From IMG/VR virus record IMGVR_UViG_3300020042_009136, positions 1 through 25,929 of that record: DNA of 25,929 bases; one strand, given 5' to 3'. Shown piece after piece: positions 25,192 to 25,929 of this stretch (position 1 is its first letter; each line of letters starts with the position of its first letter). The stretch is from a virus (taxonomy: Duplodnaviria > Caudoviricetes). A model generated the notes under the pieces. It saw nothing but the letters and a program-made list of their open reading frames with translations. It was not told where the DNA came from and made no database searches. Both the position numbers and the translations under genes were made by a program.

Positions 25192-25929
25192 ATGCTCAAT
25201 CAACCACTGATTGCCTTAGTAAATTCTGTATTAGGAACTGGTAAACCAACAGCTAGAGGTAACTATGCTTATAGTTGTCCCTTCTGTAATCACCATAAAC
25301 CTAAGTTAGAAATCAATTTTACTGAAAACCAAAAAGGAGATAATCCTTGGCATTGTTGGGCTTGTGATAAGAAGGGTAAAAAAGTAGCTCAAGTATTTAA
25401 ACAAAAAACAGCATCACCTGAAAAGATGATGGAGTTAAGAGCTTTAGTTAAAACAGAAACCTCCGATAGAGAATATGCTGTTGCTGAAAAAGTAAATCTA
25501 CCTAAAGAATTTAAAACATTTAAAAATATTACCCAAACAAACATTTCAGGACGTCAAGCATTAGCTTACTTAAAATCTAGAAATATTACAGATGAGGATA
25601 TACTTAAATATAATATAGGTTATTGTGAGACAGGTCCTTACAAAAATATGGTTGTAATTCCCTCATATGATGCTAATGGAAGTTTAAATTATTATACAGG
25701 TCGTTCGTTTGAAAAGGAACCTAAAATAAAATATAAAAACCCATCAGTATCTCGTGACATCATACCATTTGAGTTGTTTATAAATTGGGATTTACCGTTT
25801 ATATTGTGCGAAGGACCGTTTGACGCAATAGCCATTAAACGCAATGCAATACCGTTATTAGGCAAAAATATACAATCAAACTTGATGAAGAAGATTGTAA
25901 TGTCTAGTGTCGAAAAAATATATATAGCT
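25192..25929 (+). CDS. DNA primase (zinc finger plus TOPRIM), truncated by window end; absent from ORF track
   Basis: Open frame from ATG 25192 (alternative in-frame ATG 25186) to the end: MLNQPLIALVNSVLG..CPFC..WHCWAC zinc finger; YLKSRNI..IGYC..VVIPSYD..YYTGR..KYKNP; LCEGPFDAI..IPLLGK TOPRIM. Confidence 0.92.
   Translation, partial: MLNQPLIALVNSVLGTGKPTARGNYAYSCPFCNHHKPKLEINFTENQKGDNPWHCWACDKKGKKVAQVFKQKTASPEKMMELRALVKTETSDREYAVAEKVNLPKEFKTFKNITQTNISGRQALAYLKSRNITDEDILKYNIGYCETGPYKNMVVIPSYDANGSLNYYTGRSFEKEPKIKYKNPSVSRDIIPFELFINWDLPFILCEGPFDAIAIKRNAIPLLGKNIQSNLMKKIVMSSVEKIYIA

Larger units (their letters stand above)
1..25929 (+). mobile_element. Segment of a large contractile-tailed (myovirus-like) bacteriophage genome, probable Bacteroidota host
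   Basis: Baseplate gp25/gp6/gp5-like genes, holins plus GH19 endolysin, gp55-like sigma factor, phage-type primase, tRNAs, unidirectional tightly packed genes; T9SS CTD implies a Bacteroidota host. No integrase or host flanks in the window. Confidence 0.93.

Noticed and set aside
1-25929. Stop-codon reassignment (no called gene ends in TAG)
   Set aside because: Genes are intact and tightly packed under code 11 with no fragmentation and no suppressor tRNA; TAA preference fits AT richness.

Overview
AT-rich, gene-dense segment of a large myovirus-like (T4-distant, 'jumbo'-type) phage genome with essentially all genes on the + strand. A phage-encoded T9SS C-terminal signal, D-[ST]-hydrophobic glycosylation motifs, general lack of Shine-Dalgarno sites and TTG-N20-TAnnTT promoters point to a Bacteroidota host. 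Order: two tRNAs (Glu-TTC, Ile2-CAT); a six-gene cell-envelope module (cohesin/dockerin-like T9SS substrate, membrane-anchored protein, CsgG-fold lipoprotein, Ser/Gly-linker beta-barrel protein, C-type lectin/dockerin-like protein, second CsgG-fold protein); a lysis cassette (two holin-like genes, PG-binding GH19 endolysin); an HD hydrolase and gp55-like late sigma factor; a baseplate/virion cluster (gp5-like, gp25, gp6, large wedge protein, tail-collar-like paralogs); a GIY-YIG nuclease; and a truncated DNA primase missing from the ORF track. Most notable: (1) an apparent phage-encoded host-surface adhesin/scaffold system, (2) strong directional enrichment of [ST]-G-S in virion proteins, a possible modification sequon, and (3) a two-class promoter system, including an exact intergenic 10-mer ATATTTATAA found five times. 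All family assignments are from motif recognition by eye; no searches were run.
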